Origin: an uncultured Desulfobacter sp.
GTDB lineage: Bacteria; Desulfobacterota; Desulfobacteria; Desulfobacterales; Desulfobacteraceae
Direction: 5' to 3'
Length of the DNA stretch: 64,000 nucleotides
Assembly (NCBI GenBank): GCA_963665095.1
Contig: OY762069.1
Span: 864,001 to 928,000, forward strand
Shown: positions 1 to 11,227 of the stretch, one piece after another
Layout: each line of letters starts with the position of its first letter
How positions within the stretch are numbered: the stretch's first letter is position 1
Translations under genes and position numbers: made by a program
The notes under the pieces: generated by a model
Told to the model about the DNA's origin: nothing
The model's input: the letters and a program-made list of their open reading frames with translations, nothing else
The model's database searches: none

Positions 1-366
1 CCCACCTATCCGGTTACCGTGGACATCCTTTCCCAGGATACCCGGCTGAGACCCGGCATGGCAGCAGAAGTCCGGTTCGATCTTGGAAAATCTGAAGAAC
101 AAACCGGGTTGTACGTTCCCAGTGACGGAATGGGGGAAGCCCAGGGTAAGAATTTTGTTTTTGTCATTGACAGGGTACAGGGCAAGGCACAGGACAACAC
201 CGGCACCATACGCAAACAGACCGTTGATATCGGGCCGCTGACCGAAAAAGGCTTTCTGGTGAAAAGCGGGCTTAACGCCGGAGAACTTGTGGCCACCTCC
301 GGCCTTCAGCTGCTCGCAGACAAAATGACGGTCAAACTGCTGGATGATCCGGTGAACCAGTGGTAG
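1..366 (+). CDS. RND efflux periplasmic adaptor (MFP) subunit, C-terminal part (5' end outside window)
   Basis: LRPGMAAEV, VPSD and GLNAGELVATSG motifs typical of MFP C-termini; directly upstream of an AcrB-family gene. Confidence 0.85.
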   Translation, partial: PTYPVTVDILSQDTRLRPGMAAEVRFDLGKSEEQTGLYVPSDGMGEAQGKNFVFVIDRVQGKAQDNTGTIRKQTVDIGPLTEKGFLVKSGLNAGELVATSGLQLLADKMTVKLLDDPVNQW

Positions 367-493
367 CAGACCGGATTTTATCTACCCGGCCGCCTGTCTG
401 TTACCCTGTTTATCCAACGAAATAGTGCCTGAACGAAAATCAAACATTAAATAAAATGAATCAGAGGATAAATCCAAACAGTTTAGGAAACCA

Positions 494-3400
494 ATGAACC
501 TGACAGCCTTTGCCATAAAGAAAAATCGGATTTCACTGAGTCTTTTATTTATTGTGGTCCTCCTTGGCATCGCCCTTTACCAGGACCTGCCCAGGGACAG
601 CATGCCCCCTTATGTGGTCCGGGTGGCCACCATTGTCTCTGTTTTCCCCGGTGCCAACCCGGAACGGGTGGAGCTTCTGGTCAGCAAGAACATTGAAGAG
701 GTGGTGCAGGAGATCCCTGAAGTTAAAACCATTACCTCCCAGTCCAGGACGGGTCTTTCCGTTGTTACCGTTGAACTCAAAGATGAAGTCTCAAAAGAGA
801 TGCTCCAGGATGTCTGGGATGAGCTTCGGCGAAAGCTCGAAGATATGACCACCCTGCCAAGTGGTGTGGCCCCGAATTTAAATGACGATGATGTGGGTGT
901 GGTGTACGGGATTATTCTGGGGCTGATCTCCACTGATTTTTCCTATGCCGAGATGGAAGATGTGGCGGAACGGATCAGGGATGAGCTGATTGCGCTGCCG
1001 GACTCGGCCAAGGTGGAGCTCGGGGGAATCCAGGAGCAGCAGGTGGTGGTGGAGTTTGACACGGCTCGGCTCAGCGAGTACGGCCTCACCGTCCAAAAAC
1101 TTGGCCAGATCATCAAAGAGACTAATATCCTGGACTCAGGGGGCGAGATCAATGTGGGAGAAAAACGGCTGATCCTGGAACCCACAGGCAATTACGACAC
1201 CATCCAGGACCTGAAAAAGACCATCATTCCCGTTGGGGACAAGGGAGAGACGGTCTTTCTCGAGTCCATTACCACCATCCGGAAAACCTATAAAACACCG
1301 CCTACAAGCCTGGTCCGGGTCAATGGGAAACCAGCCATCTCCATTGCCATCTCCTTGAAAGACCAGGCCAATATCATCTCTTTGGGCAAGATGGTGGAGG
1401 AATGCATTGCCGATCTTAACCGCCGCCTGCCCTTAGGGTTTGAGGTGATTCGCCTGGCCTCCCTGGACGGATATGTCCAGGAATCCATTGACAGTTTCAT
1501 CGGCAACCTGTTCCAGAGCATCGGCATTGTCATGGCGGTCATGCTGGTGTTTTTGGGATTTCGCACGGGGCTTGTGGTAGCAGGGCTTATCCCCCTTGTC
1601 ACCATCATGACCCTGATGCTCATGGGTGTGATCCACATGGGGCTCAACCAGGTGACCCTGGCTGCCCTGATCATGGCCCTTGGCATGATGGTGGACAACG
1701 GTATTGTGGTGTCGGAATCCTTTATCGTGAAGATGGAAGCAGGCAAAGACCGGATGGACGCGGCCCTGGAAACCTGCAGGGAGCTGATGGTCCCGCTGCT
1801 CATTTCAACTTTGACCACATCTGCGGCCTTTCTCTCCTTTTTCCTGGCCGAATCCACCATGGGTGACATCATGGGCCCGCTGTTTGTGGTCATCTCCTTT
1901 GCCCTGGTCTCCTCATGGCTCATGAGCCTGACCATCATTCCCCTGATGGCCTACTATTTTGTCAAAGTGAAGAAAAAAGAGGAAGGGGCTTCCAAATTTT
2001 CGCTTTTTGACAGCCTGAATTCCGCATACACCTTTCTGCTGAAATGGGTGATGAAGTTCAAACGGACCTTTGTCTGTCTGATGTTTGCCGCATTTCTCAT
2101 ATCCTTAAAGGGGTTTGGCCTGGTCCCGTTCATCTTCTTTCCGGACAGCGACCGTAACATGATCACCGTGGACATCAATCTGCCGTTGGGTACCCATATC
2201 AACAAAACCGCAGAGCTTGTGAAAACCCTTGAAGCGCACATGGCGGATCTGAAAACCAGCCCTGAAAGGCTGCACGGCATCACGGACTGGTCCTCATATA
2301 TAGGCGAAGGGCCGGAATCCTATGATCTGGGGTATTCAGCGGACGAAGCCAACCCCAGTTATGCCCACATCCTTGTCAACACCAGCAGCGGCGATGACAA
2401 TGCCGCCATCATAGAGGATCTGGACTCATTTTGTTTCAACACCTTTCCCAACGCAGACATCAAGGTCTCCTCCCTGAGCCAGGGCGGGGGCGGCACGCCT
2501 GTGGAAATCCGTATTCTGGGCCGGGATCAGGATGTCCTCTACCGGCTGGCCAGTGAGACAAAAACCCGGCTGACCAGCGTTTCAGGTACCAAAAATGTCA
2601 TGGACGACTGGGGACCCAAGCTTTTGAAATTTGTCATAGATATTGATGTGACCAAGGCCAGGAAAGCCGGTGTCACCAATGAAGACATTGCCGTCAGCCT
2701 TCAGACCGGCCTGTCCGGGTACCAGGCAGGGACCTTCCGGGAGGATCAGGACAGCTTAGCCATTCTCATGCGCAGCAAACAGTTCTCCACCCAGAGCCTC
2801 CAGGATTTGGAAAACATCAACGTCTTTGTCCAGTCCACGGGCAAGGCCGTCCCCTTAAGCCAGGTGGCCCGGATCATTCCCAAGTGGGATTATGCAAAGA
2901 TCATGCACTACGGACTGTCCCGGAGCATTACCATCACCTGTGAACTGCGGGAAGGCGCCACCGCCAGCCAGATCACCAAACAGATGCAGGCCTGGCTCAG
3001 TGATGAATCAAAAAAATGGCCTGCCGGCTATAGTTTTGAATTTGGCGGGGATGCGGAAAATACGCAGGAAAACATGGCCGCCGTCATCCAGTACCTGCCC
3101 TTATCCGGCTGTATTATAGTGTTTCTGCTGATTTTTCAGTTCAACGGAATCCGCAAGACCATGATGGTCCTGTCAACCATTCCTTTAGGGATCATCGGCG
3201 TGGTGATCGGCCTGATCGTGTTTCGCTCCTACTTCGGGTTCATGGCCTTTCTCGGGGTGATCTCCCTGGCCGGAATTGTCATCAACAACGCTATTGTGCT
3301 CATTGACCGCATTGAAATTGAGCAGAATGAATTTAACCGCCCCCCGGCACAGGCCATTGAACAGGCCTGCCGCCAGCGCTTCAGGCCCATCATGCTCACC

Positions 3401-3571
3401 ACCCTGACCACCACGTTAGGGCTGATCCCGCTCTACCTTGGCGGCGGCGTCATGTGGGAACCCATGGCCGTGGCCATCATGATCGGACTGATTTTTGCCA
3501 CAGGCATCACCCTGCTTTTTGTGCCGGCTTTGTACGCCATTTTTTATAAGGTAAAAACCGGTCCTGCATGA
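494..3571 (+). CDS. AcrB/AcrD/AcrF-family RND transporter permease (1025 aa)
   Basis: Length, hydrophobic helix pattern, GMMVDNGIVV and RFRPIMLTTLTT motifs. Confidence 0.95.
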   Translation: MNLTAFAIKKNRISLSLLFIVVLLGIALYQDLPRDSMPPYVVRVATIVSVFPGANPERVELLVSKNIEEVVQEIPEVKTITSQSRTGLSVVTVELKDEVSKEMLQDVWDELRRKLEDMTTLPSGVAPNLNDDDVGVVYGIILGLISTDFSYAEMEDVAERIRDELIALPDSAKVELGGIQEQQVVVEFDTARLSEYGLTVQKLGQIIKETNILDSGGEINVGEKRLILEPTGNYDTIQDLKKTIIPVGDKGETVFLESITTIRKTYKTPPTSLVRVNGKPAISIAISLKDQANIISLGKMVEECIADLNRRLPLGFEVIRLASLDGYVQESIDSFIGNLFQSIGIVMAVMLVFLGFRTGLVVAGLIPLVTIMTLMLMGVIHMGLNQVTLAALIMALGMMVDNGIVVSESFIVKMEAGKDRMDAALETCRELMVPLLISTLTTSAAFLSFFLAESTMGDIMGPLFVVISFALVSSWLMSLTIIPLMAYYFVKVKKKEEGASKFSLFDSLNSAYTFLLKWVMKFKRTFVCLMFAAFLISLKGFGLVPFIFFPDSDRNMITVDINLPLGTHINKTAELVKTLEAHMADLKTSPERLHGITDWSSYIGEGPESYDLGYSADEANPSYAHILVNTSSGDDNAAIIEDLDSFCFNTFPNADIKVSSLSQGGGGTPVEIRILGRDQDVLYRLASETKTRLTSVSGTKNVMDDWGPKLLKFVIDIDVTKARKAGVTNEDIAVSLQTGLSGYQAGTFREDQDSLAILMRSKQFSTQSLQDLENINVFVQSTGKAVPLSQVARIIPKWDYAKIMHYGLSRSITITCELREGATASQITKQMQAWLSDESKKWPAGYSFEFGGDAENTQENMAAVIQYLPLSGCIIVFLLIFQFNGIRKTMMVLSTIPLGIIGVVIGLIVFRSYFGFMAFLGVISLAGIVINNAIVLIDRIEIEQNEFNRPPAQAIEQACRQRFRPIMLTTLTTTLGLIPLYLGGGVMWEPMAVAIMIGLIFATGITLLFVPALYAIFYKVKTGPA

Positions 3572-3856
3572 CCTTTCCCTATACATTTGTCACGAACCAT
3601 CCCCCCTGCCGGGGCAAGGCAAACGGTTATCCGGCATCATAGGTGCAGGAGGTAAAATCGATCTCTTCCCCGCAACTGTCAAACTTATGGGTTTTCTCAA
3701 ATTCGTCCGGAAAAATTTCCTTTTCCGCATTACATTTCGGATAGTTCCATTTAGCAGAAGACAAGGGATGTGATCTGCCTGATGGCCCCTTGACAAGAAA
3801 GAAAGTGCTTTTTATTTTTTTGAGTATCCACGTAACCCTTTTTCATGGGAGGCGCA

Positions 3857-4222
3857 ATGAATTGTGACAGATGCAAAAACAAATTCGATCCGGCAGATAA
3901 AAGGGAGCATTTAGGGCAGGTACTGTGTGAGGATTGCTATATGGAAGTTTTGTCCCCGGTAAAGACTTGCGATCCATGGGCGGTTCACAGTGCTAAAAGC
4001 TTTGAAAAACATACGGGCCATATAAAAGAATTGACCTTTTTACAGACAAAAATATTGGATCTTCTAACAAAGGAAGGGCCTTTAACACCCGAAGACCTGT
4101 TAAATAAATGCAACGACAGGATCACCCTGGATGATCTTAAAAGAGAGTTTGCCTCACTTCGTCATATGGAAAAGGTCACAGCTGCCAAACAAGGCCAGGA
4201 TATTGTCTGGCGCTTATGGTAG
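3857..4222 (+). CDS. Small hypothetical protein with zinc-finger-like N-terminus and putative winged-helix C-terminus
   Basis: CDRC...CEDC...CDPW cysteines; GGGAGG RBS before ATG 3857. Confidence 0.65.
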   Translation: MNCDRCKNKFDPADKREHLGQVLCEDCYMEVLSPVKTCDPWAVHSAKSFEKHTGHIKELTFLQTKILDLLTKEGPLTPEDLLNKCNDRITLDDLKREFASLRHMEKVTAAKQGQDIVWRLW

Positions 4223-4306
4223 CAGGCATTCCCTGGATTTGGGCTTGAAAGAGGGTGATTGGAAGCCATCTCAAAATTAGTCCATTTGGGATGGCCTTAA
4301 ATAAAA

Positions 4307-4801
4307 TCAGGAGATATGAAGGATGGAATCCTGCACGCCAACGGCGTTGGCTTTAACCAGCCAGAAATGTTCCGGCGTGGTTTGCATTTCGGTAAACAGC
4401 GCCGGACTGATCCTGTGTGAATCCTCAACCAGATTATAAAAGGCACTGTCAATCCCGATAACGCCGTCCAGCACATGGGTGACAATGTGAAGCACTTTGG
4501 TCAGGTAGCCCTCTTCCATGGTCAAAAGATCATCAAGTTGAGTGACGCCCTCATCCTTCAAGAGTGCCAGCTGTTTTGCCGCAAAGGCCATATTCCCGGC
4601 AACCCCCTCCTTTAAAAGGGATTCAAAGCCAGGCAGCTGCCCGGAAAGAACGTCATCCTCTGCGATAGTCATCTCCTTATAAGAAACCATCTGGGTTCTG
4701 CTCAGATAAAGTTCGACCTGTTTCACTGCCCTTTGGCTGTCATCTGCCCTGACCAGGAAGCTATGATAAATTTTGTTGCTCTGTTTCAGGGGGGTCATCA
4801 T
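4307..4801 (-). CDS. Hypothetical protein
   Basis: 164-aa ORF with plausible composition and AGGA upstream. Confidence 0.65.
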   Translation of the reverse strand: MMTPLKQSNKIYHSFLVRADDSQRAVKQVELYLSRTQMVSYKEMTIAEDDVLSGQLPGFESLLKEGVAGNMAFAAKQLALLKDEGVTQLDDLLTMEEGYLTKVLHIVTHVLDGVIGIDSAFYNLVEDSHRISPALFTEMQTTPEHFWLVKANAVGVQDSILHIS

Positions 4802-5423
4802 ATTTTTCCTGGAGAAACGGTTTCCCGTATTTTTAAACCGGCTGTCTGATATAAACAGCCCCGGGTCTCAAAGGCGGATCTCCTTACTATCCGGACCCAT
4901 GGCCAAGTCTGTATAAAGGGTATGGTATCAGTCTATAAAATGACTGTAAAGTTATGACTTTCCGGCAGATATTTTTGAAAACCGCGATGAAGCTCCAGTA
5001 TGAAATCAGGCCGCTACATATAACACTCAAAATTAAAATTTTATATAGGATACAGAATCGCATATCTTAAAAAACGATTTGACATGGCTTTTTAAGATAT
5101 GTAAACATAACATGTTTACTAAGCATCATATTGATTGGTTTCAAAAATAGAGGAGAGGTTGGTATGCTTCTGACTTTGCCCGTCAAGGCTCTTTGTTCGG
5201 TGATGATAATGAAACTTGTCCGCCCCAGAAAAATCATCTTCGGAAAATATACTCAGCTTAAATATGATGCTCTGTCTTACATATTAGAAATCTTCTAATA
5301 ATTTAGTTCTAAATAAAGGAATCCAGAGTTGTTTGTTCTTTTTAATAAGAGAACAAAAGGAATTATCAAAGATAAACATTGAGAAATGTTATCATTCAGA
5401 TTTTAATTTAGTCGAGACTAAAA

Positions 5424-6353
5424 ATGAAAAAGCTAATTTTTGTCATATTTTTTTGTTTCCAAATGGCTGTTCTCAATAAGCCGGGTTATGGGGCAGATTA
5501 TAAATATATAACCATAGATGTCCCCGGTGCAGACATGACAATCCCCTGGTGCATTAATAACGCGGGGGTAATTGCAGGGACATATGTTGAAGGGGATACA
5601 ACATCCGGTTTTGTTCTGGAAGAAAAGATCTACTCCCCAATCATCTGCCCCGATGCAACAATCACAAGGGTTAACGGAATTAATATTTCAGTTGAGTTGG
5701 TGGGGACCTGCACCGTTGAACAGGAAAGCCAGCAGTATGAGCATGGCTATCTGTACAGTAATAATCAATTTTTTCTGATTGATTATCCCAATGCACACAC
5801 AACTACTCCAAGAGATATAAACGATGCAGGAACGATTGTGGGTTACTATACGGACTGTCAGGGAGATATTAATGGATTCAAATGTACTGCAGAAGAATAT
5901 ACCCAACTGAACTATCCGGATTCATACCAGACCCAATTGACCGGTGTAAATAACCAGAATCTCATAACCGGATACTACATAGGACCAGGCACAAATGGCA
6001 ACTGTATAGGCTTTTTATATGACGGTGTAGACTTTACTGTTATTGAGTGCCCCAATTCAGAGGAAACCTTGCCGATGGGAATCAACGATTCTGGCGCCGT
6101 TGTCGGTAATTTTAAAGGATTGGACGGCTGGCAGGGCTTTTTATATGAAAATGGAATATTCACAATAATAGAAGAATACGGAGAATCCTTTGAGTTCAAA
6201 CCGGTTGAAGCCATAAGGGATATCAACATCTCAGGAGATATTATTGGTGACTATCAGTCCGCAGATATGATTACCCATGGGCTGCTGCGTCAGCCTATCC
6301 AACATGATAATGGCGGAAGTGGCTGTTTTATTTCCACACTTTTTAACTTTTAG
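5424..6353 (+). CDS. Secreted repeat protein (HAF/DUF3466-like GIND-x-G-x-IVG repeats) with C-terminal GGSGCFISTL tail (CFI-box-CTERM-like)
   Basis: Signal peptide; about six repeats such as INNAGVIAG, INDAGTIVG, INDSGAVVG; terminal Gly-rich CFI motif. Confidence 0.75.
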   Translation: MKKLIFVIFFCFQMAVLNKPGYGADYKYITIDVPGADMTIPWCINNAGVIAGTYVEGDTTSGFVLEEKIYSPIICPDATITRVNGINISVELVGTCTVEQESQQYEHGYLYSNNQFFLIDYPNAHTTTPRDINDAGTIVGYYTDCQGDINGFKCTAEEYTQLNYPDSYQTQLTGVNNQNLITGYYIGPGTNGNCIGFLYDGVDFTVIECPNSEETLPMGINDSGAVVGNFKGLDGWQGFLYENGIFTIIEEYGESFEFKPVEAIRDINISGDIIGDYQSADMITHGLLRQPIQHDNGGSGCFISTLFNF

Positions 6354-6371
6354 GTATCGGAGATTGCCAAA

Positions 6372-7346
6372 ATGCTAAAAAAAATGACTCTCGTTACATT
6401 GATCTTGCTATCGCCCTTTTTCGTTTATTCTACGCCTTATTGTGAACCATTGAATCTTTCTGATTTTGACGGCACGAAAACTAAAATTTCGGGTTTTATG
6501 GGTTTACCAATGCAGATAGATTTTTTTACAAAGGATCTATCTCTATATTTTGAGAGCGAGGAACATTTCTTCACAATGTTTGATATTGATATATCAAAAA
6601 ATAAAGATACCATACTTAGATTGTTAAATTCAAAAGAAGATGGGATGCCCTACCCAATTGTTATTTCAATTCATTGGCTATCTGGGGGATATAAAAATTA
6701 TATAATTGAATTTGATAAAGACAACAGCATCGAAGTTGATATACAAGGAGAACTATCATTAATAGAGGGTGTTTATAATCCTCAAAAACTATATCAAATT
6801 TCAATAATCAGTAGTTCTGAATTTAGCGGAGATTATCTATCTGTTTCTGATGACCCATATCAGGAAAAACTAACGATTTTATCAGTTTCTCAGCCCAGTG
6901 CCCAAGCAATTTCATATCAATGGTGGTATGAATGCTGTCCATCCACAAACAACGCGATAATACAAATAGCCGCTTACCATACCGCATCTGGAGAGACTTC
7001 AGTCGGATATCTAAAGAGTTCAAGAACCGAGTGTGACGATTCCGGCTGTAGAATAGACCAAACTTTATATTACCCAATACAGGGGAGAGTGTTTCATAGA
7101 CCAGCTCCCTATAATGCCTCAATTCATCGACCTGGCTGTCGCACCTATTACAATAGCCAAGGTCCCGTGAGTTGCCTTGAAACTTACATTATTACTAATC
7201 ATGACTATGGTTCAAACCTTCAAGTACATAGATGGCACAATATGTATGATTTAATAAACAATTTATCATCTGGAAATCCTCCAACAGCTGAACAAATTTC
7301 CGGCCCTGGAGCGCCTGATTATTGGACTTTGTATTTTATTCAATAG
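6372..7346 (+). CDS. Secreted hypothetical protein, Cys-containing C-terminal half
   Basis: Signal-peptide-like N-terminus, GGAG RBS, AT-rich 324-aa ORF. Confidence 0.65.
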   Translation: MLKKMTLVTLILLSPFFVYSTPYCEPLNLSDFDGTKTKISGFMGLPMQIDFFTKDLSLYFESEEHFFTMFDIDISKNKDTILRLLNSKEDGMPYPIVISIHWLSGGYKNYIIEFDKDNSIEVDIQGELSLIEGVYNPQKLYQISIISSSEFSGDYLSVSDDPYQEKLTILSVSQPSAQAISYQWWYECCPSTNNAIIQIAAYHTASGETSVGYLKSSRTECDDSGCRIDQTLYYPIQGRVFHRPAPYNASIHRPGCRTYYNSQGPVSCLETYIITNHDYGSNLQVHRWHNMYDLINNLSSGNPPTAEQISGPGAPDYWTLYFIQ

Positions 7347-7694
7347 AATTTAGCGCTGTTATTAGTATTACTAAAGCTTCCTATAAGTTATCAATTACCC
7401 TGCTATGCCACCATGCGCAGTAGGGTCTTGATGAAAATCAGGCCGCAATAATCCGGAGGACGTGCGAAAATGCAAATCCAGATTGCCCGTGTATTTTATG
7501 TCTTCGATCTCACCCCAACCTGGGCCATGTTCTTTTCTTGCGGTGTAGGTGGCACCTGGCTTGAAAACGCAGCTGAACTGAAAAGCAATTCTTCCCGGTG
7601 GATGCCTTGGAATTATAAGTTTCTATCCCAGTGGAATCAACACGTCCAGGTAGCTTTGGCAAACTGATTTTTTTTTAGATAAGAAGATGACTGT

Positions 7695-9014
7695 ATGAAA
7701 AAAGCGGCGATTGTATTTGGTATGAGTTTTTCGATTTTTCTGCTTCTCTCTTTTTTATTTGTTGCTCACTCTAATCGTTCATTAATAGAAACCCTGAGAG
7801 TTTTAGACGAATCAGGCCAGAAACTTTTGTTGTGGGAAAAACTTGACCCGCCGTTAGATAGTACTATTTCCGCTCTTAAAGCCTCCCTTTTGCTGTCTTT
7901 TACTGGCGGTTTGTTTTTAGCCATGGGAATAAGCGTTTTCACCTTTTTTATTAAAAGTGAACTAAATCCAAAGCACTCCCTTCCAAGAAAATGCTTTCAC
8001 TTTCTGCCGTTATGGTTTACCTGCGCTGTGATTTCAGTGGTTATGGTACTATTCATGGCAGATGGTTCTATATTCCAAAGAATCAGGGACTATATTTTAT
8101 TATCAAACTCATTTGGGACAGCAATTTGCGAAACCTACTATCGCTACTCTCCCTTCGCAGCCTGTGCCATTCAATCGCCGCTAAATAAAAGTATCAAAAC
8201 AGTCTGGATTGATCCCCGGGTTCCTAAACGAGTATTTATGGCCAGAACGCTTTCACAGTTTGGTTGGTATTCTGTGCCCCATAGGAAAGAGGTTCATTTT
8301 TTGATCCGGCTTAGCGACCAGGGAAAGCTCCTGTTCCTGGCGGATCATCACCGGGTGATGACCGTTTTGCCCTCTGATTTCATGGCTAATCCTGGGTATT
8401 GGCTTAAAATATATTCAGATAAACAGTGTAATACCCGATGGATAGGATGGCTTTGTTTAGGTGGGCTTTTCATCGGGCTTCCAATAACGGCAATAGGGAT
8501 CGAGTATGGAATCATCTTTTTTATGCTCTCAACAGTGCTGACAAAAACCTTATCCAACGCGATTTCCTGCACCGTTATTCTTTTAACTTCGGCACTCTTG
8601 ATCATCTATCTTTATCCGGCACAATGGGGAAACTTTGATCGTCCTATAGAAAAACTGACCTCTTCCCATTCAAGAGAAAGAATTGAAGCATTACGCGTCA
8701 TTTACCGTAAGGGCATGAATACCAGGCATGTGCCGTCCAATTTTTTAAATCATCTTAATAATTACAGCAGTGCTGAAAAATACTGGATCGCAAAAGTGAT
8801 AGCAAATGGGGAAAAAACAAAAAATATAGACAGGCTGTCACAGTTTCTCAATAACTCGGAAATAGCTGTGGCCTCTGCCGCCATCACCTCGTTGTCCCAA
8901 AACGGGTGCTCCGTCCAAACGGCCTGTATTTTACGACAAGCGGCTAATAACCGCAGCGAATGGTATATTCAACTCAAATTGCTTAATGCAATGAAAAATT
9001 GTCATGGAAAATAA
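7695..9014 (+). CDS. Multi-pass membrane protein with C-terminal HEAT-like repeats
   Basis: Several TM segments; LTSSHSRERIEALR and LNNSEIAVASAAITSL HEAT-like motifs. Confidence 0.65.
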   Translation: MKKAAIVFGMSFSIFLLLSFLFVAHSNRSLIETLRVLDESGQKLLLWEKLDPPLDSTISALKASLLLSFTGGLFLAMGISVFTFFIKSELNPKHSLPRKCFHFLPLWFTCAVISVVMVLFMADGSIFQRIRDYILLSNSFGTAICETYYRYSPFAACAIQSPLNKSIKTVWIDPRVPKRVFMARTLSQFGWYSVPHRKEVHFLIRLSDQGKLLFLADHHRVMTVLPSDFMANPGYWLKIYSDKQCNTRWIGWLCLGGLFIGLPITAIGIEYGIIFFMLSTVLTKTLSNAISCTVILLTSALLIIYLYPAQWGNFDRPIEKLTSSHSRERIEALRVIYRKGMNTRHVPSNFLNHLNNYSSAEKYWIAKVIANGEKTKNIDRLSQFLNNSEIAVASAAITSLSQNGCSVQTACILRQAANNRSEWYIQLKLLNAMKNCHGK

Positions 9015-9642
9015 AAAATACTTTTCAGTTCGTTTTTCATGTATTGTTGTCTGCCTGATGGTAGGGGTTGAAGCCTTAGGAAGCTATTTATTGAAAAACC
9101 GACTTACATCCATTGAAACAGAGGCAATCCTGCGGCTGACACAAATCGGTTTGCTAACCCTACTACTCGGAAAAACACCATCGGGTTTCTCCTTGGCAGG
9201 TCTTGCAAAAAAGAAATGGCCAGAAGGCGTAAGATCTGGTGTTAACTGGGTAACTGGGTTGAGCGGTATAACTGTATTCGTGGGAGGCGTGTTGTTTTTA
9301 ACAGGGAAAAGCCCTTTTTTATTAGTCGGGTTTTCAATAAGCCCTCAACAACCTTTTATTTTTTTTATAACTGCAGCGGTGATTGGCCCCGTCTGTGAAG
9401 AACTGTTTTTTAGAGGGATTTTATACTCATCTTTAAGGCGATATGGGACGATTTTGGCCTTGCTGTTAACGACAACCTTATTTGCGGGTATGCACATGCC
9501 CTGGAATGGATTGCCAATGGTACAGATCATTGGTGGCCTGATTTTCGCCATCTCCTTTGAAGCATCAAAGAGTCTTCTTGCACCTCTTATCATTCACATT
9601 GCAGGCAATTTGGCGATTTTTAGTATTGAGTGGGCTCTATGA
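9004..9642 (+). CDS. CPBP (CAAX/Abi) family intramembrane glutamic protease
   Basis: EELFFRG, FAGMH and HIAGN motifs. Confidence 0.9.
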   Translation: MENKKYFSVRFSCIVVCLMVGVEALGSYLLKNRLTSIETEAILRLTQIGLLTLLLGKTPSGFSLAGLAKKKWPEGVRSGVNWVTGLSGITVFVGGVLFLTGKSPFLLVGFSISPQQPFIFFITAAVIGPVCEELFFRGILYSSLRRYGTILALLLTTTLFAGMHMPWNGLPMVQIIGGLIFAISFEASKSLLAPLIIHIAGNLAIFSIEWAL

Positions 9643-10289
9643 AATAAGACCGCTACGCCCTGGCGGTTGTCATGCCCATCCGTTCCAGTCCGGGCGGGGA
9701 ACCCGACCCCCCGGCTGTCCTCCTTCCACGGCCGGCCCGGAGTGGGCTCCATGCCGCAAGGCCAAGTGATTTAAAAATACTTTCTATTTTTATCAACATG
9801 AGTCCCTGATAGTCAGGATTATGTTCTATTGAATTTCTTTTTCATAAATCAGAGACGAAATTTAATATTATACTCCTGCCTCTGTTTGAAGCGCCCAAGA
9901 AGCGAGCATTTTGTCTATAGATGATGAGCCCATTAGCGAGGAGATCAAAAGCCTTGACTAATTTGAACTTGGAGAGGTCCAACCAGGGAAGACACGAAGC
10001 ATGGCCCAACATTGCTGTTGCAGTGGACGGCTCGCACCTCTCCTCCATGAACACCCCGTTGACGTTGTCTATGACCAGTCGCTGTTGATCAAATTTTCCA
10101 AACCACAATATCTGGTATTTGGCTTTTAATCCAGAAACCGAAAACTAATACCATGATTGCTCTCTATGCATTATTTGCTTGTGCCCTACTTTTTTTTATT
10201 TGGAGTATTTTTAATGTTTGACATTTTGGGGCCTGATTGTCAGATTTCATGCCGATACCCAATTAAATTATATAGCAGGAAAACCTATA

Positions 10290-10922
10290 ATGAATACAAA
10301 CCAATCATTGGTTCAAAATATATCAAACCCGGACAAAACAGTCATTGGTTTTAGTGGAAGTCCCAGGATCAAAGGCAACTCTGATATAATTCTGAACCAT
10401 ATCATATCTGGAGTGGCTCAGGAAAACCTTACTACTGATGCTCTAAATTTAACGAAATTAAAGTTTCAAGGCTGTATTGGCTGCGAGAAATGCCGGAAAG
10501 ATAAAATTTGTACAGGGTTAAATGATGACCTGTCACCAGTGTACAATAAGATTATTTCTTCCAAAGGCATTGTTCTTGTCTCTCCGACGCATAATTATAA
10601 TGTTACCTCCTGGATGAAAGCATTTATAGACCGCCTATACTGCTTTTATAATTTTGGAAATGATCGTCCAAGAAACTGGTCAAGCCAATTGGCAGGCCAA
10701 GAGCGAAAGGCAGTAATTGCCGCTATATGTGAACAGGAATCGATTGGAGACATGGGGTTTACTTTAAAAGCCATGAAAAAGCCGCTTACAGCCCTCGGAT
10801 TCGACGTAATAGGCGAACTCTCTGTTTTTAGAATTTTCGATAAGGCAAAAGTCAAAGATGATAAAGAGGCCATGGAAAAGGCATATCAATTGGGCAGAGA
10901 TTTGGCCTATGCAATAAAATGA
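10290..10922 (+). CDS. Flavodoxin-family / iron-sulfur flavoprotein (NADPH-dependent FMN reductase-like)
   Basis: GSPRIKGNS, CIGCEKCRKDKIC and MKAFIDR motifs. Confidence 0.9.
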   Translation: MNTNQSLVQNISNPDKTVIGFSGSPRIKGNSDIILNHIISGVAQENLTTDALNLTKLKFQGCIGCEKCRKDKICTGLNDDLSPVYNKIISSKGIVLVSPTHNYNVTSWMKAFIDRLYCFYNFGNDRPRNWSSQLAGQERKAVIAAICEQESIGDMGFTLKAMKKPLTALGFDVIGELSVFRIFDKAKVKDDKEAMEKAYQLGRDLAYAIK

Positions 10923-11227
10923 ACCAATTACATACTTGATACTGACTCGAAAATTGGACATCAAGTTAGTTTTTGTTCAGGATTCGCTTTCAATCAAATC
11001 TATAGACTACAACATATGGTATCTGCGTTTGTACCCAAAAATCAAACATTGATACCATTAAGGCTCAGTGTTGCTTATCTCAATAGGTTTGTTCAAAATT
11101 TCTATTTACCTTTGGTTGCTTGACTGATATTGAAAACTTGTCCTGTTTTTTTAAAACGAGCCTAACATTGTAAATTACAACCTTACCAAAATAATTATAG
11201 ATTATATATGTTAGCAATAAAAAACTT

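Noticed and set aside
6351..6374. TAG of the 309-aa gene is in frame with the next gene with no stop between (possible Pyl fusion)
   Set aside because: The second gene has its own GGAG RBS and signal peptide, and the first ends in a terminal sorting-like motif; in-frame spacing has a one-in-three chance
9640..10200. Short ORFs and a GC-rich patch after the CPBP gene
   Set aside because: No recognisable family; probably decayed fragments
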